This document shows positions 1 through 15,516 of a stretch of DNA of 64,000 bases, in pieces. Where the stretch lies: the NCBI GenBank assembly GCA_964016885.1, contig OZ024740.1, positions 148,552,001-148,616,000 of the forward strand. The letters are read 5' to 3'. Position numbers and translations under genes: made by a program. The notes beneath the pieces were generated by a model. It ran no database searches. It saw nothing but the letters and a program-made list of their open reading frames with translations, and was not told the origin of the DNA. The first letter of the stretch is position 1, and each line of letters opens with the position of its first letter. The DNA comes from Eledone cirrhosa. Lineage: Eukaryota.

Positions 1-114
1 TTGACTGCTGTGTCCCTTTCTGGTAGTGAATGAGAAGTTATTTGGGGTGTGGGTTATTTTATAAAGGTCAGATTTAGCAATAGCCAGCTGCTGGTCAGTG
101 AGGGGGTGGAAGCA

Positions 115-156
115 ATATACACACACATACCTTCATCCACACATACATACACATAC

Positions 157-199
<43 letters not shown>

Positions 200-268
200 C
201 ACACATACATACACACACACATACATATACATACACACATACACACACACACACATATATATACACAT

Positions 269-329
<61 letters not shown>

Positions 330-368
330 TATATATACATACACATACATCCAGATACACACATACAT

Positions 369-454
<86 letters not shown>

Positions 455-551
455 CCACACATACATACACACACACATATATATATATACATACACACAT
501 ACAAACATACACACACACACACACACACATATATATACACACATACACACA

Positions 552-583
<32 letters not shown>

Positions 584-790
584 TGCATATATATATATAC
601 ATACACATACGCATACATCCAGATACCCACATACATACACACACACACACACACACGCACACACAATACATACATCCACATGCACACACATACTCACACA
701 CACACACACACACATACATACACCCACACACAGAGAAATGGCCTTCAAATATATATATATATATATACATACAGACACATATATTTTTTC
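115..790. repeat. Compound (CA)n/(TA)n microsatellite
   Basis: Continuous alternating CA and TA runs. These explain the HT/YI/CV ORFs in all frames. Confidence 0.97.
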
Positions 791-1004
791 CATAATATAA
801 GAAGTTGGGGCAGTGAAATTAAAATAATTCTGTGTGCGCATATATATATAGATATACGTGTGTGCACGTGCAGGGTTTAACATGGATGTGTTGGTCACAC
901 AAAGGCATGGTCTGTCAATGAATAAACCTGATTCTACAGAATTGGTCTCTGGTCTTTAATAGTAGTGATTCCGTGCGTATGTGTGTTTATATTTTATGAC
1001 AATT

Positions 1005-1229
1005 CTATTGGGGTGATAACCCGTTTAGTTTTGGTTTAAATTTGTTAAGGAATAGATTTTCTTTGTTTATTCTTTGTTGTTGTGTGAACGAATCTGAGCA
1101 CTTGTAGAAGGGGAAGATTTTAAAGTTGGGTAGTGTCATTCCTGCGCAGTTCGCAATATGGCTGCTCAAGGGGATTTTTCTTGTGTTAGCGTCCCGGATT
1201 TGTTGGCGGTGGATGGTCATTCTTATATG
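1005..1229 (-). pseudogene. Penelope-like element, C-terminal part of GIY-YIG endonuclease
   Basis: Translation IRMTIHRQQIRDANTRKIPLSSHIANCAG...FKIFPFYK...RINKENLFLNKFKPKLN fits the R..H / H..C / R..E..F....P.LN pattern of the PLE GIY-YIG C-terminal half. It is truncated at a (TA)n tract and the GIY/YIG motifs themselves are absent. Confidence 0.75.
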
Positions 1230-1256
1230 GTCATATATATATATTACACATATATA

Positions 1257-1338
<82 letters not shown>

Positions 1339-4300
1339 ATATTTATGTAATTATTTTAAAGTATAAGTTAAAGAAAAGAATGTTTGAACGAAATGACTAA
1401 CAGAATTTCCGGCATTTGAAAATATCTATGTGTTTTCCGAATTTTTTCTCCTTTCGTCAAGGACTTTCGGTCCATCACAGTGTAGGTTTGTCTATGAGTG
1501 TGTAACTGTGTTTGTCACTGGGTGTGTGTATGTGTGTATGTATATATGTATATATGTGTGCCTGCGTGTGCGCGAGTGAAATTTACTTAATTGAGACTAT
1601 TTATTATGTTCAACTCTGATTTACGCGCAGGTGACAAAATTTGGAGAAACAAAACAAACAAGAACTAGGCAGGATTTTTCCTCCGTTCATCTTTGTGTTA
1701 GTCTTTTAGTCTTTTTTTTAGTCTTTCTTTTAGTCTTTTATTTAGTCTTTTTTTTTTTTTTCCAAGCATATTTCCAAACCGAATTTAATACAAAGAAAAT
1801 AATCAGAAAATAATTCAATTTAAACTTGGCATTTTCTCAAGTACCTCCAATACACTGTCTTCAGTACTTTAAAGAAGTTACTCTTAAAACGTATATTATA
1901 TAGATTTCATTAAGACGTGTAGGTTCCAGATCAACCCCATCCTTGAATATTTTGTGGTGCCGCAATAACTCATTAAAATTTACGTATCATTTTTCTTGGT
2001 CAACATTATGTACCTTTGATCTTGACGAGATGGTCAATCATCTTGCTGATATTAATCTCGTTTCTCTTTGATTTTGCCTTTCATCTTGAATTTCCTAATT
2101 TGTTTCATCGTGCTATGTGACAAACCATGAAACCAATCTGTATATTTTAAAGGATTTATTTCTATTTCAACAGTGAAAATATTCTCTGACTATCAGTCTT
2201 GTTAAAAAAAGTTCTTCTTGGTAGGTTTGTCTAGCATTATTTATCTAAGTGTTAATAGTACTTGTTTTAACAGAACCGTTATAATCAGACTTTTACTGTG
2301 ATGAAGCCGATAGCGATATTTATCTTACTGGCGGAGGGTATAACAAGCAGCCTTATGCTATGTATCTTGCTGTTTTATCTACTTCCCTCCCCGCTGTAAT
2401 TTGGCAGTTTAAAGCTACAATACGGGCAATTATCTTCTTTCCCAAACTTTTCTAGTGATAACTGAAACTAACGTAGACAGGTTTAACTGACCATACTAAT
2501 TTCCACGGGAATTTATTTATTCTATTTATGTTTTATTTTAATTTTTTCCATTTTTATATTCAGATATCTTTCTTTCCTATTTCTCTCCTTTTTATTTTCC
2601 TGTCAAATAAATGAGATGAAAAGGTTGTGAAGTAACACAAATCTTTTAACCCCAATATCATTCAGAGATAAAGATAGTCACTGTTAACCTATTTCTTAAA
2701 TTGATATGTTTTAGAAATTTCAAAAGTCATATGTATAGAGATTGTTCAATAGATCAGTTTATTTTTGTCAATTTTCAAAATTCTCAAAATCTCAGTTGTA
2801 TATAGACATTTCCCGTTTTAAATAACTACTCAAACTATATTTATTTATACATTTTTTTTACACAAGTTCATTGTGAGCAGTTCGTTTGGTGTAAAGTAAA
2901 AAAGTTGAGAAACTCCTTTTTCTTATCATCCAGGAAGATAATAGATTGTAGTCAAACAAAGGTTTATCAACCAATTTATAATGTTGTTGCTTTAAAAAAC
3001 ATGTCGTGCCTGATGTATATTCCGTATTATCGAGATATCATATTAAAACATACGCTTTTGTGTTGGTTTTGTGCTAAACAAAAAAGCTATAATAATAAGG
3101 ACTGTTAGCAAACACAGGAAATATTATTTCCTATTCCTAAATTTATGCTATGAATCAGCTAAAAGATAAAATGATTTAACATCGGTTATAAATATGATTA
3201 GACGCAAAGTGTTTTTTTAAAACTCCATTTTGCTAAGTGGATGCCGTGATGAAAAATCTCATGCTTTCAGTATTTTACCTAATTATTATTAATAAATAAT
3301 TTAAATTTTGAATAGTAGCATCAAACATAGAATGAGTTCATAAATCCTACAAAATTGTTCTTTCGGTGCATATGATATAATTAGTTCACATGCGTCTATT
3401 CTCTATATACTATCAATATTGACGATTAGTTTAACGGAGAACAGGATAACATTTACATGTTTCAGAAGAAAAACCGTAAACAATGAGAAATAACTCAAGA
3501 TATGCCCTCTTTGTTATTTTGCATGTAATAGTAAAACTACAGAAAAAGGCCTCTATTAAAGTTAAATCTAGTGACGTTGAGAACTTTTAAAAACTAAGTA
3601 GTAACCGGACAATCGCCTGAAAGTGTTAACATATTTTAAGTGGAATTATTTATCTAGTTGTACGAAATTTCTTATTATAACTGAAAGAGAAAATCTATTA
3701 AATAGTTTTCACAATATTGATACAAAATTGAATTTTATTTGACAGTTTAATGTATCTATTTCTTGAATTCATTAAAACATTATTACTCCAAACGATACAG
3801 TGTTCTATTATATCCATAGCATTACAAGTGGTATAACTATAATCCATAATGTTATTCACAATGCAAAGATAAATTGTATATTCCACGATGCCAGTCCAAT
3901 TCTTAAGAGTTATCTTCTACCTAAGCCTCAGAACGAAAAGACCCCCCCCCCCTCCCACTTCAATACATAAATGTTCAATTAGAACTCGTTCCAGTTTTGA
4001 ATCGAATGTTTTAGGTTTTTCGATCAGGGTACACTCTTTCAAAATACTTTTCTTTGCATTTTTAAACTTAAGACTTATATACAAACATTCGCTAATATAA
4101 CATCGCAAGCACCGTTTAGATTTGGGATGGTCATGAAGCTTTACATAATTTACTTTTTGTATAGGAAATATAGTATAAAATTGAATCGTTCTTATACAAT
4201 TTCATTTATATATTTCCGTATAATTTAATACAATATTGATTTGCTATGTTCTTACTTGACTGCTCAATCACTCTAAGGTCAAAGATTAACGTTCAAAATA

Positions 4301-5297
4301 TATTATCAGTTGCTAAATTGAAACACGCCAATAATATCTTGGAAGTATGCACTACATACACTTCTGTTTACAAAGAGGTAATATTATCACCTCTATGAAC
4401 AAATAATCGCAATTAATAATTTTGTTTTTGCAAGAGACATTTGAAACCTTTTTTTTTCAGTTATAGATAACAATTTGGTTGTATTTCTCTTGTATAACAC
4501 GTTTAGTTCTTATCAATGACTTTTATCTCCAGTAAAAATTTGTTACGATACCAACTATTGACGTTAGATAGTATATTTCGAACAACAGATTCAATATTTT
4601 TCTTATCTTCAATGTTACTAAGGATGCCAAGTTTGATACCTATTAAGCCTTATCGCCTACTAATATTAAACACGCTACAGAGAGAAGTTCTAATCGCTTA
4701 GAGTATTTAAGAACTCTGTGTTCAAGTACAGTATGACGATTTCAACACATTAAAAGATAGACATTTCTGTCGATGCCTTAACTTACAATGTTTTGCTTAA
4801 ATTTAACCATACCTATAATTATAATACATATATTACATTTAAAAATGTATTTTGTCGAATGATACCTTATAATAAATGAGAGGCAACAGTCCGTCTTTTT
4901 ATGTATATGCACTGGCACTCATAAAACAAACGTGTCTCACTTGCTGCATACAGTCAGTTAAATAAATAACGTATGTTCTTCCCTGTCTTATACAAACTAA
5001 ATAGATTACGCGAGTAATACGGATGGTTTACTGTATGCAGTAGCTCTATAATACATATAAACTCATATTGTATATAGGAAGTGGCTATATACGAATGAAA
5101 GGAATTGCAGGAACACTGTGATGTTTGAAAATAAAGATTGAAAAATTGAATAGAAATGTAAAATGATTCGCATGCTTTCCCTGTATGTTTTCACAGTACC
5201 TAATGCTATATGCTCCTCATCATTGTGGTACGAGTGATTAGGTTGTATTAATGAAAGGGATGATGAGAAGGAAGAAAAAAGGTGAAGGAGGAAGATG

Positions 5298-7070
5298 ATC
5301 TTCTTTTGTATGCGACAGTGACTAAGTGACATCTCTCAGGCACTGCAACTAGCTCACAGTAGTTGGATTAGGCTACGCTAGGGCCACACTCTCAGGTTTG
5401 CAGAGATTCGGGCACTCAGTATTTGTTCTACACTCTGCTCTAGGAACCACACTGGCAAGCTGCTGATGACTGCAATCCCCAGTGGTGCATGGCACATTGA
5501 CTCAGTCGACGTCTGTACCTAGCTGATTTAGAGACACCCACTCTCCCAAGAAAGGTTAGTACCTGGTTGGAGAGCTGTATTGGAGTTGACATGCACTTGC
5601 GTTGTCGAGATGCCAGCTTTGCAGCGTGACGATAAAAAGGTTGGCGTGACACCAAACGATCTGGTAGCTAGGAATCCTCAGTCATATTATGAGCGGATCT
5701 CCTGTCTCTATTGAGGGCCTTATTTATCAGCCTGTGAGAGCGATACTCTGTCCGAAGGGGTGCAGGAGTAATACCGAAGAGCGCAGGTCGATATTCAGTT
5801 CGACACATAGTGATAAGCATTAAAGTATTGTTCGGGGCAGTATCTAGCTTCTTAATATGGACGCTCCTGCACCATACAGGGGAGGCGTACTCTAGAACAG
5901 TGTTGACCAAGGCTAGGGCACTGGTACGTAGACAGAATATGCTTGTACTCCTTGAGATGCCAGTCAAATGGCATGGAAGGTTGTTCCTCGTGGACACCGT
6001 TGTACATAATAACTTGAGGTGGTGTCTCTAGGTTAGCGTTCGGTCCAATATCACTTCGATGCAAGTTGGTGTGGCGTTATATGGGAGGGGTGTACAATCG
6101 AGGTTAACGGTGAGCTGACGATTGGCCATTCAAGTTGAATGCTGTTGCAGTCATCTTTGTGATGCTCAGCTTCAATCTCCAGGTTTTGAAATATGTTGCC
6201 AGTTGAATCATGTCTGCTATTACTACGCTCTCTACGTTAATCCAGACTCTATCGTAATGGAAAAGAGTGAATGCATCTGCATAGCAATACTGTCATGATG
6301 TTTTTTGAGATTTCTCACTGATGTACAGGATGAAGTGCATGGGGGATAGTACCGAGTAACGAGGGTCTCCATTACGAAGGTAGCGCAGTTTGCTGGGCTC
6401 GCCATTGCTTGTCTCCAAGACAAACCTTTGGTTGTCTAGGGAGTTGCAGATAAATTTCACCATTTTACGGTCAGGAATTGTTGCTAGTAACTTCAGTGTC
6501 ACAGGCTGCGCTGACGTCAATCAAGATAGTGCCAGTCTTTTGGCACTTTTCGAACTTGTATTAAATGTCATTGGTTAGCTTGACGATCTGATGTTTTGTT
6601 TCGACCACGGCAAAAGCCCACTTGCTCATCTGGCAATTGTGGGTTGATTGATAAAGCTGCAAAAATAGAACACTCTGAGTAATTTCTGGCATTGTGGCCT
6701 GCGGTGTATCAAGAATTCTGGGGGTTGTTAGCTTGTCCCGGGGCCTTATCGCTCTTGACTTGATCTGCGGCTGAGGCTAGCTCATCTTGTGAAAAGGGAG
6801 CAGACACAAATCTATCCATACCTGGAGCTTGACACAAGTTGGTGGTTTCTTGTTTCACAAAGCGGGTGTAACTCTTGTCTGTATTCTTAAAAATGGCCGA
6901 TTGAAAGGTATTGTTCAGCAAGAGAATTAGCTGATACAGCTCATGTAGATTTAGAATTGTTGCTTGTGAGGTTTTTGAGCGTCTTCTAGGCAATCCTGCT
7001 AGAGTGGCTGAAATCTATCCCTTGACTGTTTCCTCCCAACGCCCTCGAAGATGATGGTGAGGATATCGGT
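5298..7070 (-). mobile_element. Decayed Vingi/Ingi-like LINE (RT and C-terminal region)
   Basis: Fragments VKSDKAPG; KLLATIPDRKMVKFI...LRYLRNGDPRYSVLSPMHFILYISE (degenerate GVPQGSVL); LRTSALALVNTVLEYASPVWCRSVH. The 3' end is catacaaaagaag. Many stops and frameshifts. Confidence 0.75.
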
Positions 7071-8126
7071 AATCATTGAGACATCATCATAATTATTATT
7101 ACAATTATCATCCTCATTGTCATCATCACTCATTTCTACTTATTTATAATAACGCTACTTGACAGTTCCGGAAAATATCCATTAGCCCCGATTAAATAAC
7201 AAGATGCTCAAAGATAACTGTGTAAGTAATACGTTAAATCATTTGCAGAATTATAAGCTTTTATCAATAGTATTGCATCTATTCAGACTGACTAGTGAAC
7301 GCAACCCCGTATAAATAGATACAGAGGGCGTGCAAATCACGAGACGGGTTCAGCCATACGCCCACATCCTTCAAAAGCAGAGAAAAATAATGAAAACCAA
7401 TACATTAGAAGACCTTATCATTTAGTTAAAAGTTTAAAAGTGTATGTGTTGAAAACTAAGGCACAATAATTACATAAAAAAGCAACATTTTGTTAGGAAG
7501 ACGTTCTAGAGGAAAATGAGAATAATTTTAAAATAAAGGAGGGGATTATACTTCTCAAGGTTTTCAAATAAAAAGAACATAAAAAATGTAGACGGTAAGA
7601 ATGCGTTTCTTTACTATATGTACTCTCTACCCGCTAGCACAACAAATTAGGATAATATTTTCGAATAGAACTTGGAGAGAAAATACCCTAAGCTAAAAAT
7701 AGCTATCAATCATAAGGTTGTAGCTAATTTAAGCAAATGCCAATACAAAAGCATAAGAAAAAACACTTAAAAGAATGAAAGCATAATAAAAACAGAGATA
7801 CTGATAATAAAAATACAATCGACGAGAATTAAACTTTGTTGATATATACCATGAAGATAAACATAAAATGGAATAAACAAACAGCAAATAACAATATACA
7901 AACTCTAGCATGCCAACAGAATACTGCGGAACAAAACCAGAAAAACATAGACGTAAATATGAATAAAAAAGAATGTGAAACAGATTTAGAATAGAAGACA
8001 AATGTCGAGATGGAATTATGGATATAACAATAGTCTAATGGTGGAAACAGCTTAAGAACTAAACACAATATACCTTCCTATGGATCATATATGTATCTAC
8101 GTAAGATAAAACGTAACGATAAAATA

Positions 8127-8128
<2 letters not shown>

Positions 8129-8157
<29 letters not shown>

Positions 8158-8192
8158 CTTCTTCTTCTTCTTCTTCTTCTTCTTCTTCTTCT

Positions 8193-8223
<31 letters not shown>

Positions 8224-8640
8224 TATGATGGACTCCGATGATGATGTTTTTCCATGCTTTTTTATTCATAGCGCTGACCTTAGCATGGTATAGGTCGGGG
8301 CGTTCGAGTTGTTTCGCCCATGTTTTCTTCGGTGCACTGCGCTGGATTCTCCAGTGCATGGGTCGCTGTCGTGACAAAGGTTGGTGTGGTAGTCTTCCAG
8401 GGCTCATCCTGCAGACGTGGCCAAACCATTGAAGCCTGCGTTGCTGGATTGGGTCTTCAATGGTCGGCTGCTGCTGGTATTGCACTCGGATATTGCTGTT
8501 TGAGATTCGGTCGTGTAGAGAGACACCAAGAATCTGACGAAGACATCACATATTGAGCACCTCGTGGTTGTTCAGGTCTTGTTTGTGGATGGTCCTGCTA
8601 TTTTCAGCCGGTAAATTGACTGCAAAGAGGCTCCCACGTT
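8129..8640 (-). mobile_element. RTE-clade LINE 3' fragment with (GCA)n(GAA)n tail
   Basis: IQQRRLQWFGHVCRMSPGRLP...PKKTW thumb/C-terminal motif, followed by a trinucleotide tail. Confidence 0.8.
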
Positions 8641-10508
8641 GACTTGATAAACTAAAGTATTCAATTAAAAGGTTTTCCAAATGACCTAGTAGGTAAAGTA
8701 ACATGCATTTACATTGAAATATTAATTGAAGAGGTATACATGTCTTTCATTCATATTTTTCTTCACGTGTTCAGGAAATTAATGAAGTAGATTTTAAAAT
8801 TTAATTTCCTTCAAATTTTAAATTTTGAAAATATGGTGTATTGTATATATCTGCATTCTTGTTTCTTTGCTTTCTCAAATTATACTTTAGCCAGTCACTT
8901 CAAATGTAACATTTTCGTATTTATTTGAATGGTGCATCTATATCTCTTCCTGTCAAACATTCTCACGCATTTCTTGCATTCCCCTCATCTCCATCACTAT
9001 TTGCCCTTTCCCACAAACTCTCTTGCTTCACCATCCTCTGAATGTAATTTTGTAGTCTACAGCCAATAAAATTTACAATCCTCGAAATTTTATAGTGACT
9101 GATTTTTGCTAATGTAGACCATCACAAATTGTTGCGGATTGCATATTTTACACTATTTTAATATTAAATTTTTAGACCCTCATAATGAAATATTGCCGAT
9201 ATTGGACGCTTTTTAAAGAAGCCTCAGCTAAAATTTTAATAATTAGAGTCTAATAAAAGTTCGACCACTTACTATTGCATGCATGCTCATAAACTATGAA
9301 ATGGTCACTGCTGTACTATCAAAGTTAATGAGACTAAACAACAACAGCATCGACATATGTAAAATGATTTTTTGCGAAATCTAACTGTCTATAGTATAAC
9401 AGTTGTATCTAGTGTGTGAACGACCTCTCATCTTCTTTGCCACACAGTTTCAATAAATTAATTGCGGGTTTATAAGACACTGAAACTGTATGACTGTAAG
9501 GCAATTCTATTAAAAATATTTACTACTGGGTAAATCACCATAAAAAAATATATTTGCTGTTTTTAAAAAAATCTTCTGGTTTCCATTTTGTCAATCATGG
9601 TGGCTAATGGTCGCTAGCTGATATTATCTTTGCAATATGGCAGTTTGTAATAAATACTATGTGTCATATGATGATGAATTTAAATAATCCACGCACCTCT
9701 AACGTATTGTGTGGTAAAAAAAAGTGTTATTAAATGATTTTGTTTCCTTCATCAACCATCATCTCTTCCTCCTCTTCCATCCTCCTCCACTACCAATACC
9801 TCATCATCATCATCATCATTGTCCTCATTTTTGTCGTCATCGTCGTCATCGTTTTGTCGTCACTGCCATCATCATAATTATAATCTCCTTCATCACTACA
9901 TTATTTTACTCCTTCTCATAATTATTATCCCCTACCCCTTCCCCGCCTTCCAGTGTTTTTTCCTTTTTTTTTGTATTTGTGGTTATAAACGTTTCTTCCT
10001 AAATATAAATGTAATTGAGTAAACAAAAAACACTGAATTTGTGAATTATTTATAAAAACTTGACTTTTTAAGGATATTCCGTATAAAAAAGAACTGGGTA
10101 TAATAGGTGACTTATAGTGAAATTCCACTGTTAGATCTTTTTTTGTTTCTTTCATTTCAAATAGCTAATCGTGTCTATTACATGACATCTTGTTATTCTA
10201 TGTGGGCATTAAGGAGGCTTCTAGAACGAACAATGGGTCTCGACCACATACGTCAATAACATCTGCACTGAGAGTATGTGTATATAGGTGTGTGTATATC
10301 ATATTATATGTTTTAGAAACACATGTGATTGTGTGTTTGGGGTGGAATGGGAGAGAATGTGTGTATGTGTATACAAGAATGTGTTTTCAAGCATGCGTCG
10401 GTATGATAGAAAATAAATACATATGTGCGTACATTTATCTAAGGATGTAAATATAAGTGTGCAAATAATGATATATGTGCGAGTGTGGATTCATATATAT
10501 CCCAGAAA

Positions 10509-10621
10509 TTTCTCTGATGAAATGCATTACAACCATAGCGCAGTGTGAAATAATGGATTATATAACAATAAAGATTTCACAGGCTATCAGTTATGTAATG
10601 TAATGAAACACCTGTAAGAGA
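10509..10621 (+). ncRNA. Type I hammerhead ribozyme motif with long stem II
   Basis: tttct CTGATGA(10514-20) [stem II: gcattaca/tgtaatgt, atagc/gctat, tgtgaaat/atttcaca] GAAA(10605-08) cacctg TA agaga. Predicted GUA triplet. Confidence 0.7.
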
Positions 10622-10899
10622 ATCCAACGTATTAATAAATGTATCATTGAATATCAACAAATGTGCCTTGTTTTTCTAATAACCAATATATATCATATTA
10701 CTTCGTGGATTACTTATATTGGACCGATTAATCGTATTCAGTAACACAATATCAAGCAGGTATTTACGGTAAACAGGTTCATTGACTAGGTAAAGCACTA
10801 TTATAACGGTAAGTTGCATTTACCTTTTAGTATACGCATTCCCACCCTACAATACAAACGCATGAGGTTACCTACAAAACGCGGATACCTGTATTTTAT

Positions 10900-10945
<46 letters not shown>

Positions 10946-10947
<2 letters not shown>

Positions 10948-11298
10948 TATGAAAGACGTAAAATAAGAAAATTTTAAAAATTAATTTTTATATGGGTTCC
11001 TAGTGTCCGCGCATTGCCTGGGAACTTAGCTGAGAATAGACTCCCTGATGACGTAATGAATTCTCGATAGTTATATTGTGTAACTATATTTATCCCATTA
11101 CAGAAACTAATTAGTTGGAGTAAAAATTTAGTAAGTAAGTTAATTTTTAATTTTTAAAATTTTCTTATTTTACGTCTTCCATATAATTGTTCTGCATCCC
11201 CCTGCATAGAACCACCTAGGTACTATGACATAACTTATATATTTGCTAGCATTAATGTACATCTGTACGCATATGTTGGTAGATGTACTAATTCTCTC
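10946..11298 (+). mobile_element. Non-autonomous Penelope-pLTR-like fold-back element between (TA)n tracts
   Basis: Inverted repeat of about 37 bp (10948-10984 / 11147-11183) enclosing a hammerhead, with (TA)n on both sides. Confidence 0.7.
11040..11121 (+). ncRNA. Type I hammerhead ribozyme motif
   Basis: actcc CTGATGA c gtaatg...cattac a GAAA ctaattag TT ggagt. Stem I is 5 bp, stem III is palindromic, and there is a C/A mismatch at the base of stem II. Confidence 0.75.
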
Positions 11299-11302
11299 TA
11301 TA

Positions 11303-11352
<50 letters not shown>

Positions 11353-11364
11353 TACATATATATA

Positions 11365-11663
11365 GAATAAAAAATGGCGCAGACATACAACACAACAGGA
11401 GGAACAAAGAATATAACACCACTGACGATGTTGCAGATGTGCAACGAAAGATTTATGTAAATTATGTAAACTATATATATGTGTTTGTGTCTATATTGTA
11501 TCTGTATTATTTTTGACCGTCGGTCAGTCAATGGCAACATTGAGGACCGAGTAAGTTAGATCGCAGATATAAAAGACAGCGAGAAGCGAAAACCAACCAA
11601 ACAGTGAGTGTGTTCTGTTATTAATTCTGGCAATATTACGCAAATATGACCCTCCCCAAGTAT

Positions 11664-11670
<7 letters not shown>
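11365..11670 (+). mobile_element. About 300 bp hammerhead-bearing element (family shared with 20566-20837)
   Basis: CTGACGA t gttgca-gatg-tgcaac GAAA gatt TA tg at 11418-11458. Ends in tgaccctccccaagtataacaata(TA)n. Confidence 0.65.
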
Positions 11671-11719
<49 letters not shown>

Positions 11720-11794
11720 GAAGGAAATGTGGTAAGGAACCAGGTGGACCATAACGCATCAAAGTACTCAATACTTAGGGTAGTAGAGTGGGTA

Positions 11795-12806
<1,012 letters not shown>

Positions 12807-12857
12807 AAATAAAAGAAAATAAATAAGTCAAATGTTTAAAATGTGGCTTAGTTTATT

Positions 12858-12912
12858 ACTGCTATATATATTTCGGTGACAGCCATCTTTGGTTGTGACC
12901 TCTTCAGGCAGT
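12858..12912 (-). ncRNA. Type I hammerhead ribozyme motif
   Basis: Reverse complement reads actgc CTGAAGA ggtcacaacc-aaagat-ggctgtcacc GAAA tatata TA gcagt aataaa. Confidence 0.8.
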
Positions 12913-13093
12913 CCGAATCAGTGTAGTAGAGACGAGTACACATGTTGGGTTGTCATTTCATTGAGGAACTGGAATCATATGATTCCAGTTCCTCAGTGAA
13001 ATAACAACCCAACCAGGAACTGGGCATATCAGAGTATTGACAAAGTTATACGCCTCATCAACATGTGTACTCGTCTTTACCACACTAATTCGG

Positions 13094-13147
13094 ACTGCCT
13101 GAAGAGGTCACAGCAAAGATGGCTGTCACTGAAATATATATAGCAGT
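13094..13147 (+). ncRNA. Type I hammerhead ribozyme motif
   Basis: actgc CTGAAGA ggtcacagc-aaagatg-gctgtcact GAAA tatata TA gcagt, then aataaa. Confidence 0.8.
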
Positions 13148-13289
13148 AATAAACGAAGTCAAATTTTAAACATTTGACTTATTTATTTTATTTTATTTTA
13201 CATTACTCCGGAGTAACCAAACCAACCTGCGCACTTCGTCGAGTGCTCCAATCTGCATACTGAGGTGTGGTATACAACCAACATATACT

Positions 13290-13492
<203 letters not shown>

Positions 13493-13569
13493 TTTTCCAT
13501 CTTTGTCAAGCTGACATTATTGAAACAATGAGAGGAATTTTTTTAAAAACGTTTTATAACGTATATAAA

Positions 13570-13615
13570 ATATAACCGGTTTCGATGAATCAGTGTAAAC
13601 CGTCTTATCAAACGT
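13570..13615 (-). ncRNA. Degenerate hammerhead motif with U3:A8 core
   Basis: Reverse complement reads acgt TTGATAA gacggtt-tacactg-attcatc GAAA ccgg TT atat. Stems are imperfect. Confidence 0.45.
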
Positions 13616-13856
13616 TGAATATTACAATTATAAAGAATTAAAAATTAAAAATGTAAACTTAAGTGGTGAAAAGGTCTGTTCATCTTTCTTGTTGTGAAGA
13701 CTGTTCACACTTTTTTCAATAATATCACTTTGACGAATCAAAGAATCCCCCCCCCAAAAAAAAAAGAAAAATAGATCCTTAAATATATTTTCCGTGCGAT
13801 TTCCAATTCCACTTTTTCTCTATAACCCCTGTTTTGTATAGGACCTTACTCCCATA

Positions 13857-13906
<50 letters not shown>

Positions 13907-13909
13907 ATA

Positions 13910-13947
<38 letters not shown>

Positions 13948-14552
13948 TGTGTACACAATGAAAGAGTGAAAGATATAGAGAGTGAGAGAGAGATTTGGTA
14001 TTTGTATGAATGATGGCATGCATATAAGGTATATGTAGGTTTGTAAGAATTTCAATGCATGTGTATCAAGATGCCAATGTTGTTTTATCGGCAAGCGTAC
14101 ACATTTGCGTGTTGGTGGGTCTTTGTATATTATGTAAATTTGAAGACATGTATCTTTGAGTGTAAGCGGTCGTGAGTATGTGTGTGAGAGAGTGCTTCTC
14201 ACTAGATATAATCCAAATGTATTCGAGCTTATCATACACATATGTAGCTAAGGAAACACCGACTTTTATTTAGATGTTGATGTCTTACGCGACCACCATC
14301 AGCGTTTTCCAATTTAAACTCTGAAATATACACGTTTATTTCACCCATTTTTCCTATTCCCCCTTAAGAAATATACATATGATGTAAATATAAAAACTGT
14401 AAAGCAGACACACACCCATTAGCACACACACAAATATATGTATAATATAGTATACATATATATATATAAATATACATCTTATATATATATTTATGTATAT
14501 ATATGTATGTGTATGTATATGTATGTGTATATATATGTATGTGTATATATAT

Positions 14553-14598
<46 letters not shown>

Positions 14599-15027
14599 AT
14601 GTGGGTGTGGGTTTGTGTGTGTGTGTGTTCCTTGTGTGTTTGTATAAGAAAACAAAAGAAAGAAATGAAGGAAGACAAAATCACAAGACTAAAATAAAAC
14701 AAGAGGAGCTAGAAAATAAAAAGTAGGTATTTTCCCTTAAATTTTCGAGGAGTGTTTGTTTTTGTAAGGAACAACCATCGCGTTTCTTGAAACGATGAAA
14801 TCATTCTTGAGCAAACTAATCTCGACTGCCATACAAATACGCACACATACACATATAGAGTACACACACTTTATTACATATACGTACACACTCCGCTCAA
14901 TCACTATCACCCACACAAATTATATATATATATATATATATAATATATATATATATATATAATTATTTATATATATATATAAATATATATATAATATATA
15001 TATATAATATAATATATATATAATATA

Positions 15028-15091
<64 letters not shown>

Positions 15092-15451
15092 GTATGTGGG
15101 TGTGTGTGTGTGTGTATTTGTATATATGCGTCTGTGTATGTATGTGTGTGTGAATGGATCCGAATAAATATCGTTTGTAATTTCAATTTCCGCTCATTTC
15201 GACTTTGCACACAAAAGCTATGCATTCGTTTACTGGCGTCCATTTTATATTATGTTTATAATTATCACACGCATAACTACAACTATAATATTTTTATAAA
15301 CTATTGTGATACAAATAGATATTCTCCCTCTCTCTTACTATCTTTCGCTCTCGCGCACACACACACACACACACACATTCACCCTCTCTCTCTCTGTCTC
15401 TATCTCTCACACACGCACACACACACTCAGACAGACTTATATATCTATATA

Positions 15452-15516
<65 letters not shown>

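Noticed and set aside
49-898. Long ORFs of HT/YI/CV repeats (also at 13-17 kb, 20-21 kb, 26.8 kb and 39-43 kb)
   Set aside because: These are stop-free translations of dinucleotide microsatellites, open in several frames and both strands.
1410-1475. Minus-strand TTGACGA...ggAAA hammerhead-like string
   Set aside because: U3 with G8 is uncompensated and the stems do not pair convincingly.
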